From positions 809-64,808 of the forward strand of contig CAWGXL010000011.1 in NCBI GenBank assembly GCA_963826535.1: a DNA stretch of 64,000 nt, given 5' to 3'. The notes below the pieces were generated by a model, which made no database searches, was not told the DNA's origin, and saw only the letters and a program-made list of their open reading frames with translations. This DNA is from an uncultured bacterium (GTDB taxonomy: Bacteria; Patescibacteriota; Microgenomatia; Levybacterales; UBA12049). Position 1 is the first letter of the stretch. Each line of letters begins with the position of its first letter. Below are positions 20,304-31,168 of the stretch, one piece after another. The translations under genes and the position numbers were made by a program.

Positions 20304-21203
20304 TTAGGGCAATTTAAACTGCATACAAGCCATTCCTACATCACTTGGTGCCCCACCATCATGGAGAACGATTTGCACACGGTATTTATGTCCCGGTTGA
20401 AGGGAAACAAATTGGCCAGCGGTTGGATCACGTGCCGTAAGGCTAGCTGTTTTCCAAACAATCTCGCTTGTAAAATCAGATTCATGTATACCCTGAGGTC
20501 CATTGGCAGGCGGCCAGGGAGCGGCGCCTTGTCCCCGCTCCTGTCCATTTGCTTCAGGGTCAGCTGTGCCGGTTGCTTTCCATGTTCCTTTGAGTTCACT
20601 GGGTTGTTTTGCTTGTCCTCCGGCTTGTGAGTCTCCTGATACGTCCTGGGGAAGATTGGTAATGTCTGTTATGAATACTGCAGGAAAGAGTGGGAAATTA
20701 TCGCTGTCGCGTGCAGCGCTGTTGCCTATGGCAGGATTTACTACTGAACTTGCAGGGTGAGTGATCATCTGTGAGACAGCTCCCGCGCCGAGTACAAGAG
20801 CATTTTTATTGGTATAAAACACTCTTAAGCTGGAAGTGACCGGGTCAAAGGTAAATCCCCAGATCATCTGTGGTTCTGCGTTTCCCGTTATCTCCCGGCG
20901 GCAATCAATTAGCTGTGGATCGCTGTCTAACTCGGCTGGCAGAGGTGGACGTGTGGGATGGGGAGTGTTAGTCACTCCGTAAAAAGTATAGAGCTGCAGT
21001 CCGGCTTTTGTGGGATCCGGAGGTGATATATTCAGTTGAACCAGTTCCGAGCTGGCTTTAGGTAGTTTGGTGGGAAGAGTTCCTCCCACAAAGATAAAAC
21101 CTCCGAAAATGAGTATTGTTAAGATTACCACAACATAAATAGCTCCTTTATCAATAACCGAGCCGCGGGGGGTGAATATACTTTTTCTTTTTTTACTGTG
21201 CAC
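20304..21203 (-). CDS. Hypothetical secreted or membrane-anchored Pro/Gly-rich protein, encoded in a locally GC-rich segment.
   Basis: N-terminal signal anchor (AIYVVVILTILIFGGFIFVGG). No recognisable domain. Dense overlapping antisense ORFs reflect higher GC than the flanks. Confidence 0.45.
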   Translation of the reverse strand: MHSKKRKSIFTPRGSVIDKGAIYVVVILTILIFGGFIFVGGTLPTKLPKASSELVQLNISPPDPTKAGLQLYTFYGVTNTPHPTRPPLPAELDSDPQLIDCRREITGNAEPQMIWGFTFDPVTSSLRVFYTNKNALVLGAGAVSQMITHPASSVVNPAIGNSAARDSDNFPLFPAVFITDITNLPQDVSGDSQAGGQAKQPSELKGTWKATGTADPEANGQERGQGAAPWPPANGPQGIHESDFTSEIVWKTASLTARDPTAGQFVSLQPGHKYRVQIVLHDGGAPSDVGMACMQFKLP

Positions 21204-21266
21204 TATTAATTAAGGTTATTAAAATATGTCAACCCTGTCAAGTAAAGGCTGTAGTATAATTAACAA

Positions 21267-21803
21267 ATGATTAAACTCGGGGCAAGAGAATTGCGGGTAA
21301 CCAAATCAACCCAAGAACAAAAAGCACAAATCAGAAAAAACCCACTCTATTTCATTTTAGACAATGTTCTTGATACTTATAATGTCGGGGCAATATTTCG
21401 TTTAGCTGATGCTGTAACCGCGTCGAGTATATATTTATGTGGAAATACAGAAGTTCCACCTAATTCAAGGATTAAAAAAGCTTCAATAAATACGACCGAA
21501 TGGGTTGAGTGGCGCTATTGTAAAACTGCGGCTGAGGCAATTGAGTTACTTCGATCAAAAGTTCCTGATATTACAATTTATGCAATTGAACAAAGAAGCG
21601 AAAGTACATTATATAATTCCGTTTCATATAATTTTCCTTTAGCTTTGATTGTCGGGCATGAGACGAACGGTATCACACAGGAAGCACTCGCGCTTTCAGA
21701 TAAAATAATTGAGATCCCTATGTGGGGTGTGAATAAATCTTTAAATGTGATGGTGTCGCTGGGAATTGTTCTTTATAAAGCATTGGACAAAATTGACATT
21801 TAA
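21267..21803 (+). CDS. SpoU/TrmH-family RNA 2-prime-O-methyltransferase.
   Basis: YNVGAIFRLADA, LIVGHETNGI and NVMVSLGIVLY SPOUT motifs. 178 aa. Confidence 0.75.
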   Translation: MIKLGARELRVTKSTQEQKAQIRKNPLYFILDNVLDTYNVGAIFRLADAVTASSIYLCGNTEVPPNSRIKKASINTTEWVEWRYCKTAAEAIELLRSKVPDITIYAIEQRSESTLYNSVSYNFPLALIVGHETNGITQEALALSDKIIEIPMWGVNKSLNVMVSLGIVLYKALDKIDI

Positions 21804-21916
21804 CATTATAGGTTACTTGACAGTTGAGTTAGCGGGTGCTATATAACAATTAATGTCCAAATAATGTTAGTTTAAAATCCATTTATTGTTCGGTATAGGT
21901 ATTATCTAATTAGATT

Positions 21917-22354
21917 ATGAAAGCAGAGTTATTTAATAGAGTATCCCAACATCAACTTGGTGCGCATCACGAAGTGTTTAAGATTATAATTGAGCAAAGA
22001 GCGTTAGACAGACAAATAAAAGAGAAAGGTATAGAGTATAACATTCCTGCTCAAATAGATTTGATCGAAGGAGAAGGAGAACCTTTAGAGAAAATGACAA
22101 GAGATAAACCATTCTTTGTGGCAGAGTATGCAAAAGGATCAATAACTAGTAACGAATTTGAAGCGAAACTGAAAAGTACGCGAGAATCTTTGAAAATACT
22201 GGCCGAGAGGGAGGAAAGAATTAAAAAAATTAAAGATGAGCCTTTATATCGACTAACTCTAAGCTGGTGGGATTTATATAGACAATCACTGGATTTATAT
22301 ATTAGTCTTTGGCCTCAATCTCACAAAAAACCCGCACAAATTGCGGGTAAATAA
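21917..22354 (+). CDS. Hypothetical protein.
   Basis: 145 aa. Promoter-like TTGACA-17-TATATA at ~21830-21860. Terminator hairpin CCCGCACAAATTGCGGG at the 3-prime end. Confidence 0.3.
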   Translation: MKAELFNRVSQHQLGAHHEVFKIIIEQRALDRQIKEKGIEYNIPAQIDLIEGEGEPLEKMTRDKPFFVAEYAKGSITSNEFEAKLKSTRESLKILAEREERIKKIKDEPLYRLTLSWWDLYRQSLDLYISLWPQSHKKPAQIAGK

Positions 22355-22374
22355 ATAAAGTAAACTATTCCTCT

Positions 22375-24036
<1,662 letters not shown>

Positions 24037-24136
24037 TTAAAAATTAAAAATGCAAAGTTCAAAATTATATTAAGTATTTTTTTTAACTTTAAATTTTATC
24101 GCTAGGATCCCCTTTGGGGATACTTTGAACTTTTAA

Positions 24137-24436
24137 CTAATTTACAATCGCCAGTATATCAGTTTGTTTGACTAATTTCCATTCTTCATTTCCGATTTTA
24201 ACTTCATTGCCGCCCCATTTGGTGAACATAACTTTTTGTCCGACTTTCACAACCATAGGAATTAACTTCCCATTTTCATCACGAGCACCTTCGCCTATAG
24301 CCATTGCTTCTCCAATTTGTGGTTTTTCTTTTGCTGATTCCGGAAGATAAATTCCTGTACTTGTTTTCTCTTCAGCTTTTAGAGGTTTTACTAATATATT
24401 ATCGAATAGTGGTTTAATATTTATTTTGGTCGCCAT
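24137..24436 (-). CDS. groS: Co-chaperonin GroES.
   Basis: 99 aa. IKPLFDNILVKP...GGNEVKI GroES signature. Confidence 0.95.
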   Translation of the reverse strand: MATKINIKPLFDNILVKPLKAEEKTSTGIYLPESAKEKPQIGEAMAIGEGARDENGKLIPMVVKVGQKVMFTKWGGNEVKIGNEEWKLVKQTDILAIVN

Positions 24437-24575
24437 ATCAGTATATTTATTAGTGAGTTATCAGTTACTCAATTGGTATGCTAATTTATACAATAAAAAT
24501 ATAACCTTTGTCAATATCCTATAGGAAATTGAAGAGGTGCTTGACACAACTATTAGTATTAATATACGATAAAAA

Positions 24576-25823
24576 TTGAGGCTTTACTGCTGTCTCAGAT
24601 TTGTTATGAACTTAAATGGGAAAAAGCTTTTTTTAATTGGATTTATAGTTGTATTGCTCATTGGTATACCGGTTACTGTCTATTTTTTACAACAACAACA
24701 AGAAACTAGAACTAGGGCACAGAAGTCAACAACTCTAACGTTTGCCCCTGATTCTTCGCAAACCAACCCTATTGTGAAAAAAGTCGGTGACACAATCCCG
24801 CTTGACGTTACAGTCAATCCAAGTACAAACCTTGTGTCGTTTCTAAAACTGCAAATTCAATACGATACAGATAAACTCGCTACGGCGAGCGCAAATGCGT
24901 TTGTGCCAAACACCGTTATTTTTCCGACAGTCCTCGAAGGACCTATTTATACACCCGGTAAAATCGAAATTACTTTGTCCGTGGGCCCCGACCCCACTAA
25001 GGCAATTCAAAGTTTAGCAAAAGCGGGAACAGTTACTTTTATGGCACTGGCAAATACTCCTGATGGACAACCAACACTCGTTACATATGGCCCAACTACT
25101 CAAGTTCTGTCAATTGGATCATCTGATCAGGCAAGCGAAAATGTTCTTTCTTCCTCTACTCCTGCAACTATTGCTATAGGCGGTGAAGCCATTAGTCCTA
25201 CAACGGTTCCTATACCATCAGGCACCGAGACGCCTACGCCTGAAATTACAGATACACCTACCCCCACTACTTCTCTTATTGATACTCCAACACCGGAGGT
25301 GACTTTAACCCTAACCCCAACTTTTACTCCCACACCAACAGGCACAGGTTCGGCAACTCCAAATCAAGTGCCTGTTTGTAATAGTCTCGCAGTTGACCGG
25401 GAAACTACCGGAGTTGCACCGTTTGCAATAACATTTACAGTCAATGGGAGTGATTCTGACGGAACTATCAGTAAAGTAAACTTTAATTTTGGAGATGGGG
25501 CTGTAAGTGGAGATATAACTACATCAGGAGGAATAGGGACAAATTCAGTAAACGTAGCTACTTCTCATGAATTTAGTAATGCCGGAACTTATACTGCTTC
25601 GGCAGTTCTGACAGATAGTAGCGGCGATGTAAGCAGCGCAACTTCATGCCAACAGACTATAATAGCCCAGGGAGGAACAGGCGGCGGCACAACACCGGGA
25701 GAAGCAACTTCAACCCCAACCCCGACATTAGCAGCGACAGGTTCTGTCAGCACAGCGATCGGTATAGGGATGGCTATTTTAATCTTCATCATCGGCGGCG
25801 GATTATTGTTCTTCGTATTCTAG
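24576..25823 (+). CDS. Cell-surface protein with a signal peptide, a Thr/Pro-rich linker, a PKD-like domain and a C-terminal LAATG-plus-hydrophobic anchor.
   Basis: N-terminal TM or signal. (TP)n linker. PKD-like NFNFGDGAVSGD...HEFSNAGTYTASAVLTDSSGD. C-terminal PTLAATGS followed by a hydrophobic tail. Confidence 0.55.
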   Translation: MRLYCCLRFVMNLNGKKLFLIGFIVVLLIGIPVTVYFLQQQQETRTRAQKSTTLTFAPDSSQTNPIVKKVGDTIPLDVTVNPSTNLVSFLKLQIQYDTDKLATASANAFVPNTVIFPTVLEGPIYTPGKIEITLSVGPDPTKAIQSLAKAGTVTFMALANTPDGQPTLVTYGPTTQVLSIGSSDQASENVLSSSTPATIAIGGEAISPTTVPIPSGTETPTPEITDTPTPTTSLIDTPTPEVTLTLTPTFTPTPTGTGSATPNQVPVCNSLAVDRETTGVAPFAITFTVNGSDSDGTISKVNFNFGDGAVSGDITTSGGIGTNSVNVATSHEFSNAGTYTASAVLTDSSGDVSSATSCQQTIIAQGGTGGGTTPGEATSTPTPTLAATGSVSTAIGIGMAILIFIIGGGLLFFVF

Positions 25824-25867
25824 AAGTTCTTGACAGGGAATGAAAATGTATTTACAATGTAATTACC

Positions 25868-26116
25868 ATGATAACTACTATTATATCCATTGGTAATTCC
25901 CGAGGCATACGGATTCCTAAGTTGTTGCTTGAGGAAAGCGGAGTGAGTGGTGAGGTAGAGTTGAAAGCAAAAAAAGGAGAAATAAAAATTGTTCCACTTA
26001 AAAGGCAAAAAAAGGCTAATAACCCGCTGGCTGCAGCATCAGAGAATTCATTTGCTAAAGATTGGTTGCGTCCGGAAGAGGAGGAGGCATGGGCAGTCTA
26101 TCAATCGGACAAGTAG
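25868..26116 (+). CDS. mazE: MazE/AbrB-family antitoxin.
   Basis: SIGNSRGIRIPK SpoVT/AbrB swapped-hairpin motif. 82 aa. Overlaps the downstream toxin gene. Confidence 0.7.
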   Translation: MITTIISIGNSRGIRIPKLLLEESGVSGEVELKAKKGEIKIVPLKRQKKANNPLAAASENSFAKDWLRPEEEEAWAVYQSDK

Positions 26117-26424
26117 TGTTAGCCCGTTTTCCCTTCTCTGATTTAACAAGTAAAAAACTTAGGCCCTGTTTAGTAATAGGATTAGCAGAATTTGAAGATA
26201 TAATATTGTGTCAAATTACCTCCAAGCCCTACGGCAGTAAGCGTGCAATTGCACTTACCAAAAAAGATTTTAGCAGCGGCTCTATTGTTGTTGATAGTTT
26301 TATCCGGCCGGATAAGATCGCAACGCTGGATTTAGGTATGATTACGAAAAAACTCGGCGATATAAAAAAGTCAAAGCTTTCTGAGGTTAAGGTTGCTTTG
26401 AAAAAAGTGCTCGAGATAAGTTAG
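26089..26424 (+). CDS. mazF: MazF/PemK-family endoribonuclease toxin.
   Basis: GQVVLARFPFSDLTSKKLRPCLVI...ILCQITSK matches the PemK/MazF core. Start moved to the internal Met (MGSLSIGQ). Confidence 0.7.
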   Translation: MGSLSIGQVVLARFPFSDLTSKKLRPCLVIGLAEFEDIILCQITSKPYGSKRAIALTKKDFSSGSIVVDSFIRPDKIATLDLGMITKKLGDIKKSKLSEVKVALKKVLEIS

Positions 26425-26438
26425 GTTTTTTTAGTTCT

Positions 26439-27095
26439 ATGAATCCAGAAGTAGACGAAACATTAAAAAATAGAAAAGAATACAAAGAAGTTGTTGAGAA
26501 AATCAGAAATCTTAATTGGAAGAATCTAAATGGCGTAGAATTGCAACAGTTAATGCGTCTCTCTTATGTGTCTGCACGCGAATTTGCAGAGGCGCTGCGC
26601 ATTGCTGTCCAGCTTTATCCCGATAATCAAAATCTTAAAGCGCTGGCAGAAGATGAGTTGCAAGCTACAAATTTGTCATTTGATGGTTACAATAAACCTG
26701 GAGACCATGCAGATTTTCTAGGCCACTTTTTGGAGAAAAATGATTTGAAGGGCGACGATAATCTGACGAGATACGGAGATGCATATCGTCAAGCTTGTCG
26801 TCCTCTTGAGGATAGAATTCGTGCTATGACGGTTTTTAGCCGCGAAGAGGAACTGCCTGGAATTTTCGAAAGAATTTTAGAAGCAAGGGATTGGTCAGCT
26901 AAAGGATTGCCGGCTTTCAGATATTATCTCACCAGCCACATTGCTCTCGATAGAGGAAAGAGTGGCCATGCGAAATTGACGAGAGAATTTCCAGTTGACG
27001 ATAGTATTAGGCCGTTTTACAAGGCGAGATTAGAAATGTACCGCGCAATACCTAAATTATTTGTACCTACTGGATTCCCGCGTTCGCGGGAATGA
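26439..27095 (+). CDS. Hypothetical helical protein. The last ~13 codons lie inside a REP-like repeat.
   Basis: 218 aa. The C-terminal ...VPTGFPRSRE with its stop codon is encoded within repeat copy 27056-27098. Confidence 0.35.
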   Translation: MNPEVDETLKNRKEYKEVVEKIRNLNWKNLNGVELQQLMRLSYVSAREFAEALRIAVQLYPDNQNLKALAEDELQATNLSFDGYNKPGDHADFLGHFLEKNDLKGDDNLTRYGDAYRQACRPLEDRIRAMTVFSREEELPGIFERILEARDWSAKGLPAFRYYLTSHIALDRGKSGHAKLTREFPVDDSIRPFYKARLEMYRAIPKLFVPTGFPRSRE

Positions 27096-27098
27096 CAA
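27056..27098. repeat. REP/MITE-like palindromic repeat, copy 1 (TTATTTGTACCT-CTGGATTCCCGCGTTCGCGGGAATGACAA).
   Basis: Identical 25-mer GGATTCCCGCGTTCGCGGGAATGAC at 27072-27096, 32126-32150 and 51042-51066 (inverted). A 2-mismatch copy lies at 55846-55870. Confidence 0.8.
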
Positions 27099-27113
27099 CT
27101 GAGTAAGTCGCAG

Positions 27114-28844
27114 TTATTTTTCCGTAATCATTGAGAAGAGGGCTTCTTGGGAGAGGGCAACTTTTCCGGTTTGAATCATTTTCTTTTTTCCTTTTTTTTG
27201 AGCTTCAAGGAGTTTGTCTTTTCTAGTCCTGTCGCCGCCGCTCATTTTAGCTAAAACGTCTTTTCTGAAAGGGGGAATTTCTTCGCGGGCCATTATATTA
27301 TTATTGATAGTTGCTTGAATTATTTGCCTGAATTGCTGACGTTCTAGTGAATCCTTTAACTTTTGCGCTTTTGTACGGGCGACATATATGGCTTCATCTT
27401 TATAGACCAGTTCTGAGAGAACGTCGATTGGATTAGTATTGATCAATATATCCAGCTTTACCAAATCTGCCTGTTTGTAATCAGTCAGCTTGTAATCTAT
27501 GCTTCCGAACCCTGATGTAACTGATTTAATTTCACCGGCCAGACCCCGGATAAACATAGAATATGGCATTTCATAAGAAAGTACGGCGTAAGCTTCATGA
27601 TATTTCATGTCAAGAAGTTTCCCTTTTTTCTTTTGGCAAACTGTCATAACATTCCCCACATATTCTGCAGGAGCATAGACATTCAGAAGCATATACGGTT
27701 CGTAAATTTCGTCCTCGGAACGCTTTTCGTAAAGAACTTGGGGCATAGTAAGTAATAGGTCTAAATTAAATTCCTGCTTCAAACGTTCTTTTACGATATC
27801 AGCATGTAAAAGTCCCAAAAATCCAACTCTAAATCCACTCCCCAGATAGGCTGAATATTCTTCAGTATATGTAAGCGCGGTATCATTGAGTGTCAATTTC
27901 CCCAGTGAGTCACGGAGGTGGGCAAAATCGTGCGCGTTTTTGGGATAGACTCCGAAGAAAACCATTGATTGGGGGGTGGTGTAACCGGGAAGAGGTAGAA
28001 CTTGCGAACCTTCGGCGATAATCGTGTCTCCTACACGACATTGCCTGATGTCCTTTATAGCTCCAACGAGGTAACCAATTTCGCCGGTCTCAAGTGTTAC
28101 TGTCTCTTTAAGAAATGGTGTAAACATGCCAACTTCTGTAACCTCAGCCCTAACTCCATTTTGGTAAAATTGGATTTTATCTCCTTTTTTAACATGTCCG
28201 TCTTTGATGCGAACGTAGGCAATGACACCTCTATATTCATCATATACAGCATCAAAGATCAAAGCGCGAAGAGTGGTATCAGTTGAAGTACTTGGGGGTG
28301 GAATTTTGTCAATTATTTTTTTGAGTAAAATATCTACATTCTCGCCTGTCTTGGCGGAGATAGTTAAAATATCTGACTCTGCGAAGCCTAAAGTTACGAG
28401 TTCTTTTTTTACTAAATCTGTCTGGGCGTTTGGTAAATCAATTTTGTTAAGAACAGGTATTAATGTTAGATTCAACTTTTTTGCTACCTGATAATGTGCG
28501 ACTGTTTGTGCTTGAATTCCCTGAGTCGCGTCTACTAAAAGTACGGCTCCTTCGCAGGCAGCAAGAGTACGGGAGACTTCATAGGAGAAATCAACATGTC
28601 CCGGAGTATCAATTAAGTTTAGCTGATATTGGTTTGCTTCAACTGTATATTTCATTCTAACCGGAGCAAGTTTAATTGTTATGCCGCGTTTGCGACTTAT
28701 GACGTTCTGGTCAAGAAATTGTTCCTGTAATTTGTCTTTGGCAATTGTGTTGGTCAACTCTAATAGCCTATCTGATAGGGTTGATTTGCCGTGATCTACG
28801 TGCGCGATGATTGCAAAGTTTCGGATTAGATTCAGGTCATTCAT
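27114..28844 (-). CDS. lepA: Elongation factor 4 (LepA).
   Basis: IRNFAIIAHVDHGKSTLSDRLL G-domain and the LepA-specific C-terminal domain. 576 aa. Confidence 0.95.
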   Translation of the reverse strand: MNDLNLIRNFAIIAHVDHGKSTLSDRLLELTNTIAKDKLQEQFLDQNVISRKRGITIKLAPVRMKYTVEANQYQLNLIDTPGHVDFSYEVSRTLAACEGAVLLVDATQGIQAQTVAHYQVAKKLNLTLIPVLNKIDLPNAQTDLVKKELVTLGFAESDILTISAKTGENVDILLKKIIDKIPPPSTSTDTTLRALIFDAVYDEYRGVIAYVRIKDGHVKKGDKIQFYQNGVRAEVTEVGMFTPFLKETVTLETGEIGYLVGAIKDIRQCRVGDTIIAEGSQVLPLPGYTTPQSMVFFGVYPKNAHDFAHLRDSLGKLTLNDTALTYTEEYSAYLGSGFRVGFLGLLHADIVKERLKQEFNLDLLLTMPQVLYEKRSEDEIYEPYMLLNVYAPAEYVGNVMTVCQKKKGKLLDMKYHEAYAVLSYEMPYSMFIRGLAGEIKSVTSGFGSIDYKLTDYKQADLVKLDILINTNPIDVLSELVYKDEAIYVARTKAQKLKDSLERQQFRQIIQATINNNIMAREEIPPFRKDVLAKMSGGDRTRKDKLLEAQKKGKKKMIQTGKVALSQEALFSMITEK

Positions 28845-28923
28845 GTTCCCTATTGTAGCTGATTAAGATCGTGGTGACAAATAACTTAGGTTAAATTTTT
28901 TTGAGACTATTTGTTATAATACG

Positions 28924-29595
28924 TTGGTGAATAAGTTTTATGTATTCCTATTTATTGTTCTTATTGGCATATTTATTGGTATTTTTTATATTACACAGAA
29001 AGATTCGCTGCTTAAAGGTTTTACTGTACAGTCCCCAACCCCGATCTTCCCACTAGATTCAAATACGCTGCGGGTTATTTCTCCTTCCCCACAAAAAGGA
29101 CAGGAAGTTGTAAATGAAACACAGACGGTACAAAATGTACAGCCTACATTTGGAGTTGAAGCAGGTATGAAGGCGTCTTATTCGGCGGTTATTAAAACGG
29201 GTAAGGGAGATATTGAAATTACACTTTTCGGTACAAGTGCTCCCCGAACTGTGAAAAATTTTATGGAAAAAGCAAAAAAAGGAGTTTATAAAAATTTAAC
29301 ATTTCATCGAGTTGAGGATTGGGTGATTCAAGGCGGTGATCCTAAAGGAGATAGTTTGGGCGGTGGACTGATGCAGACAGAACTTAATAGTCATCCATTT
29401 GTTATTGGCTCACTAGGCGCAGCACGGGGTGGAGATATCAGAGTATCTAATGATTCGCAGTTTTTTATTACCAAAACTGAGGCTACATGGCTTAATGAAC
29501 AATATACAAATTTTGGAGTGGTGACGAAAGGGATGGATGTTGTGGGTAAAATAGAGATTGGAGATAAAATATTGGGAGTAGAAGTTAAGGAATAA
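28924..29595 (+). CDS. Cyclophilin-type peptidyl-prolyl cis-trans isomerase with an N-terminal membrane anchor.
   Basis: FHRVEDWVIQGGDP...GSLGAARGGDI...SQFFIT cyclophilin motifs. N-terminal TM segment. Confidence 0.8.
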   Translation: MVNKFYVFLFIVLIGIFIGIFYITQKDSLLKGFTVQSPTPIFPLDSNTLRVISPSPQKGQEVVNETQTVQNVQPTFGVEAGMKASYSAVIKTGKGDIEITLFGTSAPRTVKNFMEKAKKGVYKNLTFHRVEDWVIQGGDPKGDSLGGGLMQTELNSHPFVIGSLGAARGGDIRVSNDSQFFITKTEATWLNEQYTNFGVVTKGMDVVGKIEIGDKILGVEVKE

Positions 29596-29761
29596 CCTCA
29601 AAGCGGCTTCTAAGAGTAATTCATAGTCAACAATTCTTTACAAATATAGTATAATATATAGGAAATTATCTGGTTTCTCTTATTGGGTTTATATATAATT
29701 GGGTCTGATATGATAACCTAAAATATACATAGAGAATATCGGGAGTTCTATATATATAGAT

Positions 29762-31099
29762 ATGTGGGAACAATTTGGTTTAAGGAAAAATCCATATGAT
29801 ATTCTTCCGCTTCTTGAAGGCGGAGATATTCCTATTGCCGAAGCGTTTGTCGGGCGGGAGAAGGAAAGAAAATATATTAATGATTTATTCTCCCAGGAAG
29901 ACAGGGTATGTCTGACTATCTGCGGCGCTGTTGGGGTGGGTAAAACAAGCATCGCTAATTTTGTAAAGTATATCTGGAAGTATGGCAAGAAAGAAAAACC
30001 TTTGTTCTCTTTCAGACGCGAGATTGAAGCGAATGAATCAATTCTTAATAAAAAAAGTTTCCTTCTGGAAATTATCGGTTCTATCCTACGTGAGATCGAG
30101 CTTATAGATCCGCGTTTACTTACAAAGCATAATCTTCTATTAAAACTAAACCAAATGGTTGATATAACACAAACTCTTGGTTTGTCGGGAAGCGTTTCGG
30201 CGGGAATGTTTGGAGTTAATTTTCAATCAAATATAACGGAAAAGCAGATGGTTCAACCGTTTCAGTTGACAGCAACAACGCTGGAAAAACAGTTTATGGA
30301 ACTTCTTAAATTTATAATGACGCATAAAATTGCGGGGAAACAATACCTGGGGTTAATTATCCATGTGAATAATTTCGAGATTGCATTGAATTCCAATAAA
30401 AAAAAGGTTTTAGAGTTTTTCGCGGAGATTCGTGATTTTCTACAGACTCCAAATCTCTATTTTATTTTCCTGGGGCCGAATAATTTTTATAAGGAAATGA
30501 TCTCAAGTAATATGAGGGTCAGGAGTGTTTTTTCTCAGACACCTATCATTCTAGCGCCATTGACTAAGGAAGAGTTAGTGAAGGCTTTGAACAAGCGGCT
30601 GGAGCTATTAAAGTCACCGACTGCGAAAAAGATTATTAAGCCTTTTGAGGATGAGGTTATTTTTGAACTTTACAATATGTTCGGAGGTGATGTGCGGATG
30701 ATTATGTCCTCATTGAAAGACATAGTGACCCATTTATCGGATCGCTTGGAGCGCTTGCCGAAAACGTTAACAATCGATGAAGCAATATTCCTTTTGGGGA
30801 ATGAGCGATTGTCTCATATCGAAGACAGGCTTACGGAGGAGCAAATGAAGGTGCTTGCATATATTGCTTCTTCGGACGTTGCGGTCACACAAGATGAAAT
30901 TGCTAAAGTATTAAATAAAGCGCCAACAAATATTTCAAATTATTATTTTAAGCCGCTTTTGGAGCACGATATTGTTGAGGTAAAAAGGGAGACGGGGACG
31001 TTTAAATATTGGGGATTAACGAAAAAATATTTGCCGCTGAAAAAAGTGGTTCAATTACAGAAAGGGATAACAAAGCAAGCTGCTTTGATTTCAAAATAA
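29762..31099 (+). CDS. AAA+ P-loop ATPase (archaeal-ATPase PF01637-like) with a C-terminal winged-helix domain.
   Basis: FVGREKERKYINDLF...LTICGAVGVGKTSIANF (Walker A). C-terminal LAYIASSDVAVTQDEIAKVL HTH. Confidence 0.55.
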   Translation: MWEQFGLRKNPYDILPLLEGGDIPIAEAFVGREKERKYINDLFSQEDRVCLTICGAVGVGKTSIANFVKYIWKYGKKEKPLFSFRREIEANESILNKKSFLLEIIGSILREIELIDPRLLTKHNLLLKLNQMVDITQTLGLSGSVSAGMFGVNFQSNITEKQMVQPFQLTATTLEKQFMELLKFIMTHKIAGKQYLGLIIHVNNFEIALNSNKKKVLEFFAEIRDFLQTPNLYFIFLGPNNFYKEMISSNMRVRSVFSQTPIILAPLTKEELVKALNKRLELLKSPTAKKIIKPFEDEVIFELYNMFGGDVRMIMSSLKDIVTHLSDRLERLPKTLTIDEAIFLLGNERLSHIEDRLTEEQMKVLAYIASSDVAVTQDEIAKVLNKAPTNISNYYFKPLLEHDIVEVKRETGTFKYWGLTKKYLPLKKVVQLQKGITKQAALISK

Positions 31100-31168
31100 C
31101 TGGAACTGTTCAACTAAAATTTGAGTTTAATTAGGATTTAGTCTTAGCACGTCAAAACTAAAGTTACT

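Noticed and set aside
20336-20760. ORFs 20336..20599(-), 20361..20630(+) and 20503..20760(+) overlapping the GC-rich gene.
   Set aside because: They are a by-product of locally elevated GC and overlap the longer 299-aa ORF, which has a signal anchor. There is no independent support.
24449-24475. CIRCE operator upstream of groES.
   Set aside because: The inverted repeat TTAGTGAGTTATCAGTTACTCAA matches CIRCE half-sites poorly (5 of 9 per half). It is kept only as a remark under the hrcA CIRCE finding.
25127-25843. ORFs 25127..25345(-), 25589..25792(-) and 25646..25843(+).
   Set aside because: They are embedded in the Thr/Pro-rich and GC-richer part of the PKD surface-protein gene. They are repetitive PVGVGV translations of the antisense strand.
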